64,000 nt of DNA from Rhodopirellula sp. Its GTDB lineage: Bacteria; Planctomycetota; Planctomycetia; Pirellulales; Pirellulaceae. The notes under the pieces are model-generated. The model searched no databases. It was not told the origin of the DNA and worked only from the letters and a program-made list of their open reading frames with translations. The position numbers and the translations under genes were made by a program. Location: contig JBGSLL010000058.1 in the NCBI GenBank assembly GCA_041740735.1, forward strand, positions 17,783-81,782, written 5' to 3'. Shown here in pieces: positions 17,478 to 25,512 of this stretch. Each line of letters begins with the position of its first letter. The stretch's first letter is position 1.

Positions 17478-19333
17478 TTCGATTTCAATCTGACCCTTTT
17501 TTGAGCATCCTTAAGCTGCGCGTCGGTGCTTTCAATCGGGCTTAATTTATAGGACATGCTGCCGAACGGAGGACTGTGATAGCTTTCCAAGGAGTTTCCG
17601 GTACAGCACAATCCGGTGAGGTCGCCATCACTTAACTCGAATCCGAAAATCAAGACGTTTGGTCGAAACGGATCGATCGCATTAGAATCATGGGCAGGAG
17701 CTGTCCATTCGCTGGACACACCCAAGGCGTACAGAAAAATGATCTGCAGTCCATCGCGATTTTTGGCAAGATAACCGCCCAGAGGCCGGGTTTGCGCGGG
17801 ATGCTTCGGGTTGAATATCTCCGCGCGAATCGTTCGTCCATCACCCAAGCATTCCGTAAAAATGATTCCGAGTTCGCCCGCATTTCCGACACCCGAAAAC
17901 GCTCCTCGATACGTTTTCCCTGCCGCACATGCTTGGAGAAGCTCAGTAGGTATTTGATTTTGGATTTTTGCGAGCGCCTTGCTGGGACTGGCAAGCAATT
18001 CTTTCGCACGTGCCGCATAGGGAGAATTGGCAGGAAGCACCAACATGAGTGGCAATAGATATCGGCCCAGGATAAGTGTCGCACGTTTTTCCATCGATTG
18101 GATCTGTTCTCTCTCTGATCGAATTGACGTCGAGATCTGATTACGTCGATTCAGCGAAGTCACTTTTGATGGCTTCACCGCAGAAAAATCGAACTGTGGA
18201 GATCTGAGTGTGTTTTCTGCTATTTCGATGAGTGCAGGAGCAATCTTGTCAATTCTCTGCTGGAGATCGATCGTGGTCGCGCGTTGCTTTGCCTGGTTGG
18301 ACCAAACCGTTAGCACCATTCGTACGACACCGGCCATTTCCAGGAGCTCAGGGTTGGGCAGTGTGTTCGCGTCTCCGTTTCGGTGAAAGATTGGCAAATG
18401 GTATTGATTGCCACCCCGAGTTGGATCCCGCACGAGCATATTTGAAAGTTCGAGTTCCTCTCCGTTTTTCCATCGAGTGACGTAGTAGACGTGACGGCTC
18501 GTCACACGAGGCAGCGTTGAGAAATGAAACAGATCGACCGCGAACGTCACATGGTGCAGCTCTCTACCGGAAATATTCTTGGCAACGTATCGACCTTGAA
18601 ATAATTCAGAGTAGCCCTGCGGGCGATATTGCGAGGCCACCTCCGGTGTGATGTTTCGTTCCACGGGAGTGAATCGCACGGTAACGAGAGGCGAACTGGA
18701 CTGGGGCCCTGAGAACTGTTCAGGCAGCTCAGGGATGAGTTCGTCCCAAGCACGAGCGCGGGACGAATGCATGCGAGTGTGCTTAACTGCGTCAATACGA
18801 TTAGCGATCACGCCATCTGTATCTTTTTCGGCGTAGTAAAGTTCAATGTTTGACCAATGTTCAGCCCAGAAGTTGTCGTCGATGGTGCGTGATTGCTGGA
18901 CCCAACGACCTGCCCCCGAGTCGTAGTACTCGAACGTCTCGTCATGGGTGAAATCGCCTCGTCTGGCGCGCGCCAGCCGACTTTTTGCACGTTCGATTAT
19001 TTCGTCGCGCCGTTGCTTGGCTCGCTCGACCTCTTTGACACTATCCACATTGAGGCCGACAATATGACTCGCCGCCAATCGTACTTCGGGGACCGTTGAA
19101 TTGCGTGCCAGAGTATCCATGAAACGTGCAAGTGGGTCGCCATTGACTCGATCACCGGCGAGCCGATAGCTCTCGGTGATCTCTTTCGCGATCCCTGCGT
19201 AGGCATCTTGAACGGGGCCTTTGACCGGTGGGTCGAGTGGGCGCTGAGGTGACCGAGATTGTGACCAGCCGATCGTGTCGTCAACGACGAGCAGACACGA
19301 AACTGCCAAAATCATTCCGCAGATGTTCTTCAC
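17435..19333 (-). CDS. hypothetical secreted protein (first gene of the Hsp70 operon)
   Basis: Signal peptide MKNICGMILAVSCLLVV. 632 aa with no recognisable domain. Co-directional with the Hsp70 ORF and overlapping or abutting it. Confidence 0.6.
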   Translation of the reverse strand: MKNICGMILAVSCLLVVDDTIGWSQSRSPQRPLDPPVKGPVQDAYAGIAKEITESYRLAGDRVNGDPLARFMDTLARNSTVPEVRLAASHIVGLNVDSVKEVERAKQRRDEIIERAKSRLARARRGDFTHDETFEYYDSGAGRWVQQSRTIDDNFWAEHWSNIELYYAEKDTDGVIANRIDAVKHTRMHSSRARAWDELIPELPEQFSGPQSSSPLVTVRFTPVERNITPEVASQYRPQGYSELFQGRYVAKNISGRELHHVTFAVDLFHFSTLPRVTSRHVYYVTRWKNGEELELSNMLVRDPTRGGNQYHLPIFHRNGDANTLPNPELLEMAGVVRMVLTVWSNQAKQRATTIDLQQRIDKIAPALIEIAENTLRSPQFDFSAVKPSKVTSLNRRNQISTSIRSEREQIQSMEKRATLILGRYLLPLMLVLPANSPYAARAKELLASPSKALAKIQNQIPTELLQACAAGKTYRGAFSGVGNAGELGIIFTECLGDGRTIRAEIFNPKHPAQTRPLGGYLAKNRDGLQIIFLYALGVSSEWTAPAHDSNAIDPFRPNVLIFGFELSDGDLTGLCCTGNSLESYHSPPFGSMSYKLSPIESTDAQLKDAQKRVRLKSKWRVPKPGQPLIPK

Positions 19334-19484
19334 TTTATCATTCTCCTGAATTCACTGAGGTGGTTTTCAACGCGACCAGGCTGGTCTGTTTAGTGCGTAA
19401 AATGCCGCACATCTTCGCCAACGGTTGACTGATATTTTCATGGATAAAAACTCGATCAAGACCGTTCGCGTGAATCGAAACGAT

Positions 19485-19505
19485 CATTTGTAGACATTTG
19501 TAGAC
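19485..19505. repeat. perfect tandem 10-mer (CATTTGTAGA x2 plus C) in a divergent intergenic region
   Basis: Read directly: cgatCATTTGTAGACATTTGTAGACtaagg. It lies between the Hsp70 operon start (19333) and the Sel1/ECF operon (19630). Confidence 0.6.
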
Positions 19506-19629
19506 TAAGGAATTTTTGAAATGTTTGACAAAATTTGGCGACGCCCAGCATTGTAAATCGCATGAGCCTGAAGAGTGGACTTGTAGTAACGCAGCGGTCC
19601 TCAACCGCCTGAACAAAGGAACATGCCCG

Positions 19630-21069
19630 ATGAGATCGAAAATAGTTTGCGGTGTATTTGTCGTTGCTCTCTGGTGCGTTAACAATGTAGGTGCGGTACA
19701 GCCGCAAACGCCACTGCGACAAGCGATGGAGCTACTTTCAAGTGGCACGCCCTCCGAAGCGATTCCCTTGTTGGTTGAAGCTGGCCGAGCAGGTGATGCC
19801 GAAGCGGTTTTTCAGCTTGGCAAATGCTATTTGGACGCGATTGGAACGGAAAAGAACGACGAAAAGGCGCTTGCTTGTTTTCGACGCGCGGCCAATCAAG
19901 GGCATGCCGCCTCGATGACGCACGTAGGCTTGATGGTCGGGCAGGGACTGGGAACGAAAGTCGATCGAGAATTAGCAGTGATCTGTTATCAACGGGCTGT
20001 CGAGGCGGGTGATTCGCTCGGCATGTTCCACCTTGCGCTCTGCCTTCGTGATGGCACGGGCGTGACACGCGACGCCCAAAAAGCAGTGGGCTACTTCGAA
20101 AAACTTGCTGACCAACGCGACATTGCCGCGATGGTCCAGCTCGGCGACATGTTGCTCAATGCGAGGGGAATTCCCAAAGACAGTTCAGCGGGATTCCAGT
20201 GGTTTCGAAAAGCCGCGGAACTCGGCGAACCGGCCTGCATGACTGTCGTCGGAATGCTCTTCGAAGATGGCGAGGGCGTTCCCGCCGATCCAAAACAGGC
20301 GTTGCTCTGGTATCGAAAAGCGATGGATGCCAAAGACTCTGAAGGAATGTTTCAACTCGGAAAATGTTATTGGAACGGAATAGGATGTGTCGCCAATCGC
20401 CAAGAATCGATGGAGTGGTTTCACAAGGCTGCCAACGCAAACCATGCTCGCAGTATGTTGATTCTCGGAGCAATGTACGAAGAAGGCGAGGGTGTTACGC
20501 AAGATTTGGCGCAGGCATTCTCATGGTTCGAGAAGTCGGCAAAGCTAGGTGATCCTCAAGCGATGTCAAAAGTGGGCCACTGCTACATGCACGGTCAGGG
20601 GACGGCTGAGGATTTCGCACAAGCCTTCGCATGGAATCGCAAAGCCGCGCTTGCCCAGGATCGGCATGCGATGCATAATCTCGGGATGTGTTACGCGAAT
20701 GGATTGGGAGTAAAGAAGAATCCCAAAACAGCGATGACTTGGTTTCGAAAAGCTGCGAAGCTCGGCCATCCCGAATCCCAGATTTTTGTACGGGCAGAGG
20801 ACGATCCGCATTTCGCAACCATGTTGGCAGCTCAACAGTTGTTTGAAATCGTGGGCGATGTTAATGAGATGTTTGACAGCTTGGGAGCTTCCGGTGGCGA
20901 TAGCGGAAGCCTATTCAATCCCCAAGGCTCGCCGATGATGAATTCGCAAACTCAAGCAACCATTCGCGAGCAAACGCAACGTTATGAAGAACGCCGAGCC
21001 GCCGAAGCTGCCCAGGATGCACACAATCAAAAGATGGACGCTTACTATGATCGGATGCAAAACTTTTGA
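19630..21069 (+). CDS. secreted Sel1-repeat (SLR/TPR-like) protein
   Basis: Signal peptide MRSKIVCGVFVVALWCVNNVGA. About 10 repeats of the Sel1 pattern (A..W..KAA.QG...A...LG.MY..G.GV..D). Gln/Ala-rich C-terminal tail. The ORF track begins at 19516. Confidence 0.8.
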   Translation: MRSKIVCGVFVVALWCVNNVGAVQPQTPLRQAMELLSSGTPSEAIPLLVEAGRAGDAEAVFQLGKCYLDAIGTEKNDEKALACFRRAANQGHAASMTHVGLMVGQGLGTKVDRELAVICYQRAVEAGDSLGMFHLALCLRDGTGVTRDAQKAVGYFEKLADQRDIAAMVQLGDMLLNARGIPKDSSAGFQWFRKAAELGEPACMTVVGMLFEDGEGVPADPKQALLWYRKAMDAKDSEGMFQLGKCYWNGIGCVANRQESMEWFHKAANANHARSMLILGAMYEEGEGVTQDLAQAFSWFEKSAKLGDPQAMSKVGHCYMHGQGTAEDFAQAFAWNRKAALAQDRHAMHNLGMCYANGLGVKKNPKTAMTWFRKAAKLGHPESQIFVRAEDDPHFATMLAAQQLFEIVGDVNEMFDSLGASGGDSGSLFNPQGSPMMNSQTQATIREQTQRYEERRAAEAAQDAHNQKMDAYYDRMQNF

Positions 21070-21653
21070 TCGATGACGACCATCCCATCAGCGAGTTGTC
21101 TCAAGTATTGGCGGACATCGACGCAGGCGTCCCGCTAGCCAGCGAGCGACTTTTGCCATTGGTTTACGATGAGCTGCGTAAACTGGCTGCCATTCAACTC
21201 GCCAACGAACGCCCTGGCCAGACGCTCCAACCGACCGCGCTTGTTCATGAGGCGTTTTTGCGATTGACCGCCGGAGAAGAGCCTCCGATGTGGAAGAATC
21301 AAAGCCATTTCTTCGGGGCTGCTGCGATTGCGATCCGCAGAATTCTTGTCGAAAATGCTCGCCGTAAAAAGAGTCTCAAGCGAGGTGGTGGTGGACATCG
21401 TGAATTCATGGAAGACGAAATCCCCGATGCGCAAAGCGACCCGATCGAAGATATTGTTGCATTGGATGACGCGCTAACGAAGCTGGCTCAGATCAATCCT
21501 GAGGCGGCTAAATTTGTCGAACTGCATTATTTTTCGGGAGTTTCACGCATTCAAGCGGCGGCAATGCTGTCGATCTCGTCGCGTTCAGCGGATCGACTTT
21601 GGGCGTACGCTCGGGCTTGGCTGCGACGAGAGATGACCTCTTGTGATGACTAG
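21066..21653 (+). CDS. ECF-type RNA polymerase sigma factor (TIGR02999 / ECF43-like, kinase-associated group)
   Basis: LLPLVYDELRKLAAIQLANERPGQTLQPTALVHEAFLRL is the signature N-terminus of this family. Region 4 HTH VSRIQAAAMLSISSRSADRLWAYARAWLR. TTG start overlaps the Sel1 stop (TTGA). Confidence 0.85.
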   Translation: MIDDDHPISELSQVLADIDAGVPLASERLLPLVYDELRKLAAIQLANERPGQTLQPTALVHEAFLRLTAGEEPPMWKNQSHFFGAAAIAIRRILVENARRKKSLKRGGGGHREFMEDEIPDAQSDPIEDIVALDDALTKLAQINPEAAKFVELHYFSGVSRIQAAAMLSISSRSADRLWAYARAWLRREMTSCDD

Positions 21654-21675
21654 AATCCATTTTCGGACCCGTGAC

Positions 21676-23988
21676 TTACTCGGTGTTGGGCATCTCCCAT
21701 ACTCGCACGCTTTTGTCATCACTAGCTGACGCGACGTAACGGGCTGAAGCCGAGAATGTGACATCGTTAATCGCGCCGGTATGACCACTGAAGCGAGCTA
21801 ATTCGTCTCCGGTTGAAAGCGAGTACAGGGTTAACATGCCGTCAGCACTCCCGGCCATCAATTGATTTCCATCAGGGGAGCAGGCGACACAACGAACTCC
21901 GCTTTCCAAGATCTCGTCGTCACCGATGCAGACCAATTCAGCGGCTGAATCCCAGTCCCAGATCCGAATCGTGAAGTCGTCGCCACAAGTCACCAACCTC
22001 CGTCCTCCAGGAGCCATCACAACATGAGACGGCGGCTTGGTGTGTCCTTGAAACCGTTTGACAATTTCTCCAGTTGATGCATCCCATGCCAACGTATCTC
22101 CTGCGCCTCCCCATTGAGCGCTCAGAACATACCGGCCATCCTCGGACCATGACATGCGCGGGGCTTCTACGCGAAAGGGAAGGTCCTTCAATTCGACATC
22201 CGGCAAAGGCTCACCTGTTGGCAACGCCCAGCTATGAATGAGGCCCTTTCCACTAGTCGTTGTTCGCACTTGAGAACCATCGGGCGTGATATTGATTGCC
22301 CGAATCGCATGGTTCGTGGGGAGGGCGAAATGTTGATGGAGCACATTGCTATTGGTTTTCCAGATGTAAACACTTGGTTCGGATGGACCGTTGGCAAATA
22401 TCCATCCCGAGGCAATGGCGATCGTTTCACCCTCTGGGCTCCTGCACATTGAAATCGGTCCGTAGCCATGCTCATAGGTCATACGTAAACGGTGTACCTC
22501 GTTTCCCGATTCGATCTCCCAAAGTCGTATGGTATTGTCTGCGCCGGTGACATGATAGCGCACTCCACCATGAACTTCGTGATGGTCGCCATTACTTGCA
22601 GATACGATAGTTTTCTCATCGTCGCTAAACAGCACGCGAACGACGGCATTGTCGTGGCCAAGAAACACGTTCTGCTTTCTTGTTACAGTTTCCTGTGTAG
22701 ACGAGTCCTTGATCGGTATTGAGCTTTTCGCAGGCAAACTCTTTAGAAGAGGTTTGCTGTTGGAAAACGTGAACAACCGATTGCTTGAAGCGTAGAGAAC
22801 GACGGGAAGGATTAGCAGCAGAACTGCCAAAGCGACTTGCCAGGACAAGGCGAAGGGTGCTCTGCGCCGCAGTTTTGTATCTTGTGCGATGAAGCCGGAT
22901 TCTTCCAGTGTCAAAAGTTCTTCTACTTCCTTTGCATCGCTGGGCCGGTGCTCGGGCGTTTTCGCGTGAAGTCGCGCGATGATCCCAATTAACCATTGCG
23001 GAACATCGGGGACTACTTCTCGAATATTACGAGGTTGATCGTCGACGACACGTTTTAAGACAGCAACTGTCGAAGGGGCACGAAAAGGCGGGCGTCCGCT
23101 GCACATCACGTACATCACGCTGCCGAGACTAAAGAGGTCCGACTTTTGGTCTACGGTGTTTCCAAGAGCTTGCTCAGGTGACATATAGAGCGGCGTTCCA
23201 CAAATGAACCCGCTCCGAGTCACGCTAGCATCATCCGCCGATCGTGCAAGTCCAAAGTCCGTGAGCTTTACTAGCCCTGTGGCCTGCTCCAATAAAATGT
23301 TTGCTGGTTTTATGTCTCGATGAACCAGACCGCGAGAGTGAGCCGCAGTCAATCCGCGACTGATTTGCGTCGAAATATCGATTACATCACGAATCTCCAG
23401 TGGCCCAGTGCGGTGGATTCGCTGCTGAAGATTTTCGCCTTCGATAAACTCCATCACCAGGAAGGGATGCGGAGACTCTTCCACAGCGTAGACGCTAATG
23501 ACGTTTTGGTGTCGTATGGCGGCCATCGCGCGAGCTTCGCCGAGAAATCGTTTGCGTGCCGGAGAGGTTAGAGATAGCTCGGGCAGCATGACTTTGATCG
23601 CGACGACGCGGCGCAAACGACTGTCAAATGCTTCCAAAACAATTCCGAAACCGCCACTCCCCAGCACTCGATTGATTTCGTAATGTGAAAGGCGGCCCAG
23701 AGAGTCGGGTTGGGATGATGGCTCTAGGAAGGAAAGATTGATCGACTCATCGGATCGCCTTGGACGAGAGTCCTCGTCAAGTGTTGCTCCGGAATCTTCT
23801 GCGTGGTCAGCCAACTGCTCAATCACTGGCACCTTCAAGAATTCACCCGACGCCTCGTGAGCGTTCAACAACTCATCGACACTCTTTTTCAGCGCGAGAT
23901 CGTTCCCGCAAACTCGCTCAATGTATTTTCTTCTTTGATCGAGGTCTGCTATTTCGATTGCTGAAAAGAAAACATCTTGTTCGTTCAC
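21676..23988 (-). CDS. transmembrane Ser/Thr protein kinase with a C-terminal WD40 beta-propeller
   Basis: Hanks kinase motifs VAIKVM, HRDIKPANILL, DFGLAR and SPEQ. One TM (WQVALAVLLLILPVVLYA). WD40 signatures DNTIRLWEIESG, DFTIRIWDWDS and DKSVRVWEM. Confidence 0.9.
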   Translation of the reverse strand: MNEQDVFFSAIEIADLDQRRKYIERVCGNDLALKKSVDELLNAHEASGEFLKVPVIEQLADHAEDSGATLDEDSRPRRSDESINLSFLEPSSQPDSLGRLSHYEINRVLGSGGFGIVLEAFDSRLRRVVAIKVMLPELSLTSPARKRFLGEARAMAAIRHQNVISVYAVEESPHPFLVMEFIEGENLQQRIHRTGPLEIRDVIDISTQISRGLTAAHSRGLVHRDIKPANILLEQATGLVKLTDFGLARSADDASVTRSGFICGTPLYMSPEQALGNTVDQKSDLFSLGSVMYVMCSGRPPFRAPSTVAVLKRVVDDQPRNIREVVPDVPQWLIGIIARLHAKTPEHRPSDAKEVEELLTLEESGFIAQDTKLRRRAPFALSWQVALAVLLLILPVVLYASSNRLFTFSNSKPLLKSLPAKSSIPIKDSSTQETVTRKQNVFLGHDNAVVRVLFSDDEKTIVSASNGDHHEVHGGVRYHVTGADNTIRLWEIESGNEVHRLRMTYEHGYGPISMCRSPEGETIAIASGWIFANGPSEPSVYIWKTNSNVLHQHFALPTNHAIRAINITPDGSQVRTTTSGKGLIHSWALPTGEPLPDVELKDLPFRVEAPRMSWSEDGRYVLSAQWGGAGDTLAWDASTGEIVKRFQGHTKPPSHVVMAPGGRRLVTCGDDFTIRIWDWDSAAELVCIGDDEILESGVRCVACSPDGNQLMAGSADGMLTLYSLSTGDELARFSGHTGAINDVTFSASARYVASASDDKSVRVWEMPNTE

Positions 23989-24303
23989 ACTTCGCTCTTT
24001 TGGGAACTGGTCAATTTCAATCAGTTTGTCTAAATGACAAGCGAGACAACGGAAAGTAATGGTCTGTCATCACCGGCCAGCAAGTCTTAGTGCGAAAAGT
24101 AGAGATGAGATCGCCATGAAACCACGAAAATTGTGACACTTCTCGCAGATCACCCGCAAAGGCTCGTTCGTCGCCCGGCACTCTTGGGAACACACTGTCA
24201 TGACTAGCTCCGCCAAGGAACTCGTGCGGTTCTACAAAGTCGTGGCTGATTCCGCGATGGTGGAATGCAGAACCGTAGTTTACTTGAGAAACAGGGCAGC
24301 GGC

Positions 24304-25125
24304 TTATCGCTGTGCATCGAGCATATTCTTCATGCTCTCGAGGACCAATCGTTCGATGCCTGGGGCGTAATCGAAAACCTCGACGCTCACCCAACGGTCG
24401 TAATTGACTTCATCGAGCGCCGCGAAGATCGGACGAAAATCGACTTCGCCCATTCCAGGTCCAAGACGGTTGGGGTCGTTGGCGTGAAAATGGATCATCC
24501 AATCGGCATGATTTCGAATCACTTGTTCGATTGGAATCGTTTCGGTGCTCATCGCTTTAACATCGAGATGCAAACCGATTTGAGGACTGTGGATCATCGA
24601 AGCGAGAGTGCGCGCTTGGTCAGCAGTATTAAGAAAATTGCCCTCCGCAGGTCCGAGTGGTTCAAGTGCAATCTTCACGTCAAGTTCCGCGAGAGTCGGT
24701 ACTACCGAGGAGAGCACTTGGGCTGCGTTCTCCATCGCCTCGTCAATCGTTTGGCCTTCGGTAAGGTTCCGCTGAAGCGGCGACCCGAGCACCATCACAC
24801 GACCACTGAGATCGCTGCACAAGCCAACAAGTTCTTTGAGATAATCGCTCGTTCGCTTGCGTACTTCCGAGTCCTTCGTCGTCAAATGAAGCCCTTCGGT
24901 TTTCGCCAAGAGCCAATGCAGCCCGACCACTTCGAGACCAGCGGAGGTGACTGCGTCGCGATAATCCTCACGCTCGGACTTAGAGAATGACCGAATGTTC
25001 TCGGTCAACATAAAAGGGGCAATTTCCCAGCCGGTGTAGCCCGCATCGATCGCAAACTTGAGAGCTCGGCTCAGAGGCCAATCTTGAAATGTTTCGTTGC
25101 AAATTGCGTAACGATGAGACATCAA
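24304..25125 (-). CDS. sugar phosphate isomerase/epimerase (xylose-isomerase-like TIM barrel)
   Basis: 273 aa with the overall pattern of the AP_endonuc_2 / TIM-barrel family common in planctomycetes (YTGWEIAP, VVGLHWLL, ALEPL, HFHANDPN). Confidence 0.7.
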   Translation of the reverse strand: MMSHRYAICNETFQDWPLSRALKFAIDAGYTGWEIAPFMLTENIRSFSKSEREDYRDAVTSAGLEVVGLHWLLAKTEGLHLTTKDSEVRKRTSDYLKELVGLCSDLSGRVMVLGSPLQRNLTEGQTIDEAMENAAQVLSSVVPTLAELDVKIALEPLGPAEGNFLNTADQARTLASMIHSPQIGLHLDVKAMSTETIPIEQVIRNHADWMIHFHANDPNRLGPGMGEVDFRPIFAALDEVNYDRWVSVEVFDYAPGIERLVLESMKNMLDAQR

Positions 25126-25126
25126 T

Positions 25127-25369
25127 TTATCGTCGGTTTAGTTTTTCCTCCGCACGAGCCGCCTTCAAGGCTGCGGCTTCACGCGGCAACTTGAATTCAG
25201 GGCCAGCGGGGAAGTATTGGACATCGTCTTGCAAGTAGTACGGACTCGGCAGCGTTTGTCCATTGAGGGACACCTGACAGCCGGTCGCGGAAAGGACGCA
25301 GACGCCAGTCAATAGGGTGGCTACAGCCAAACGATTCATGCGTTGATGTTTCGACTTGCGGCTCATCAT
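25127..25369 (-). CDS. small hypothetical lipoprotein
   Basis: Basic N-terminus followed by LLTGVCVLSATGCQ (lipobox). It ends 1 nt before the isomerase start codon. The longest ORF reaches 25438. Confidence 0.45.
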   Translation of the reverse strand: MMSRKSKHQRMNRLAVATLLTGVCVLSATGCQVSLNGQTLPSPYYLQDDVQYFPAGPEFKLPREAAALKAARAEEKLNRR

Positions 25370-25512
25370 GTGCCTTCGTGGTTTCCGGCGGTTTATTCGG
25401 GGTGCTCTCTGCACAACCTTGACTTGATGATTCTTCAACCTGCATCAAGTCTCCTCACAACCCCTATCGGCCTAAAAGCCAGCGTATCTTTACATCAGAT
25501 AGCCATAAACGA

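Noticed and set aside
19525-19530. A TTGACA hexamer as the -35 element of the Sel1/ECF operon promoter.
   Set aside because: No acceptable -10 lies at 16-18 nt spacing (the nearest TAAAT-like element is about 24 nt away), and planctomycete promoter rules are poorly defined.
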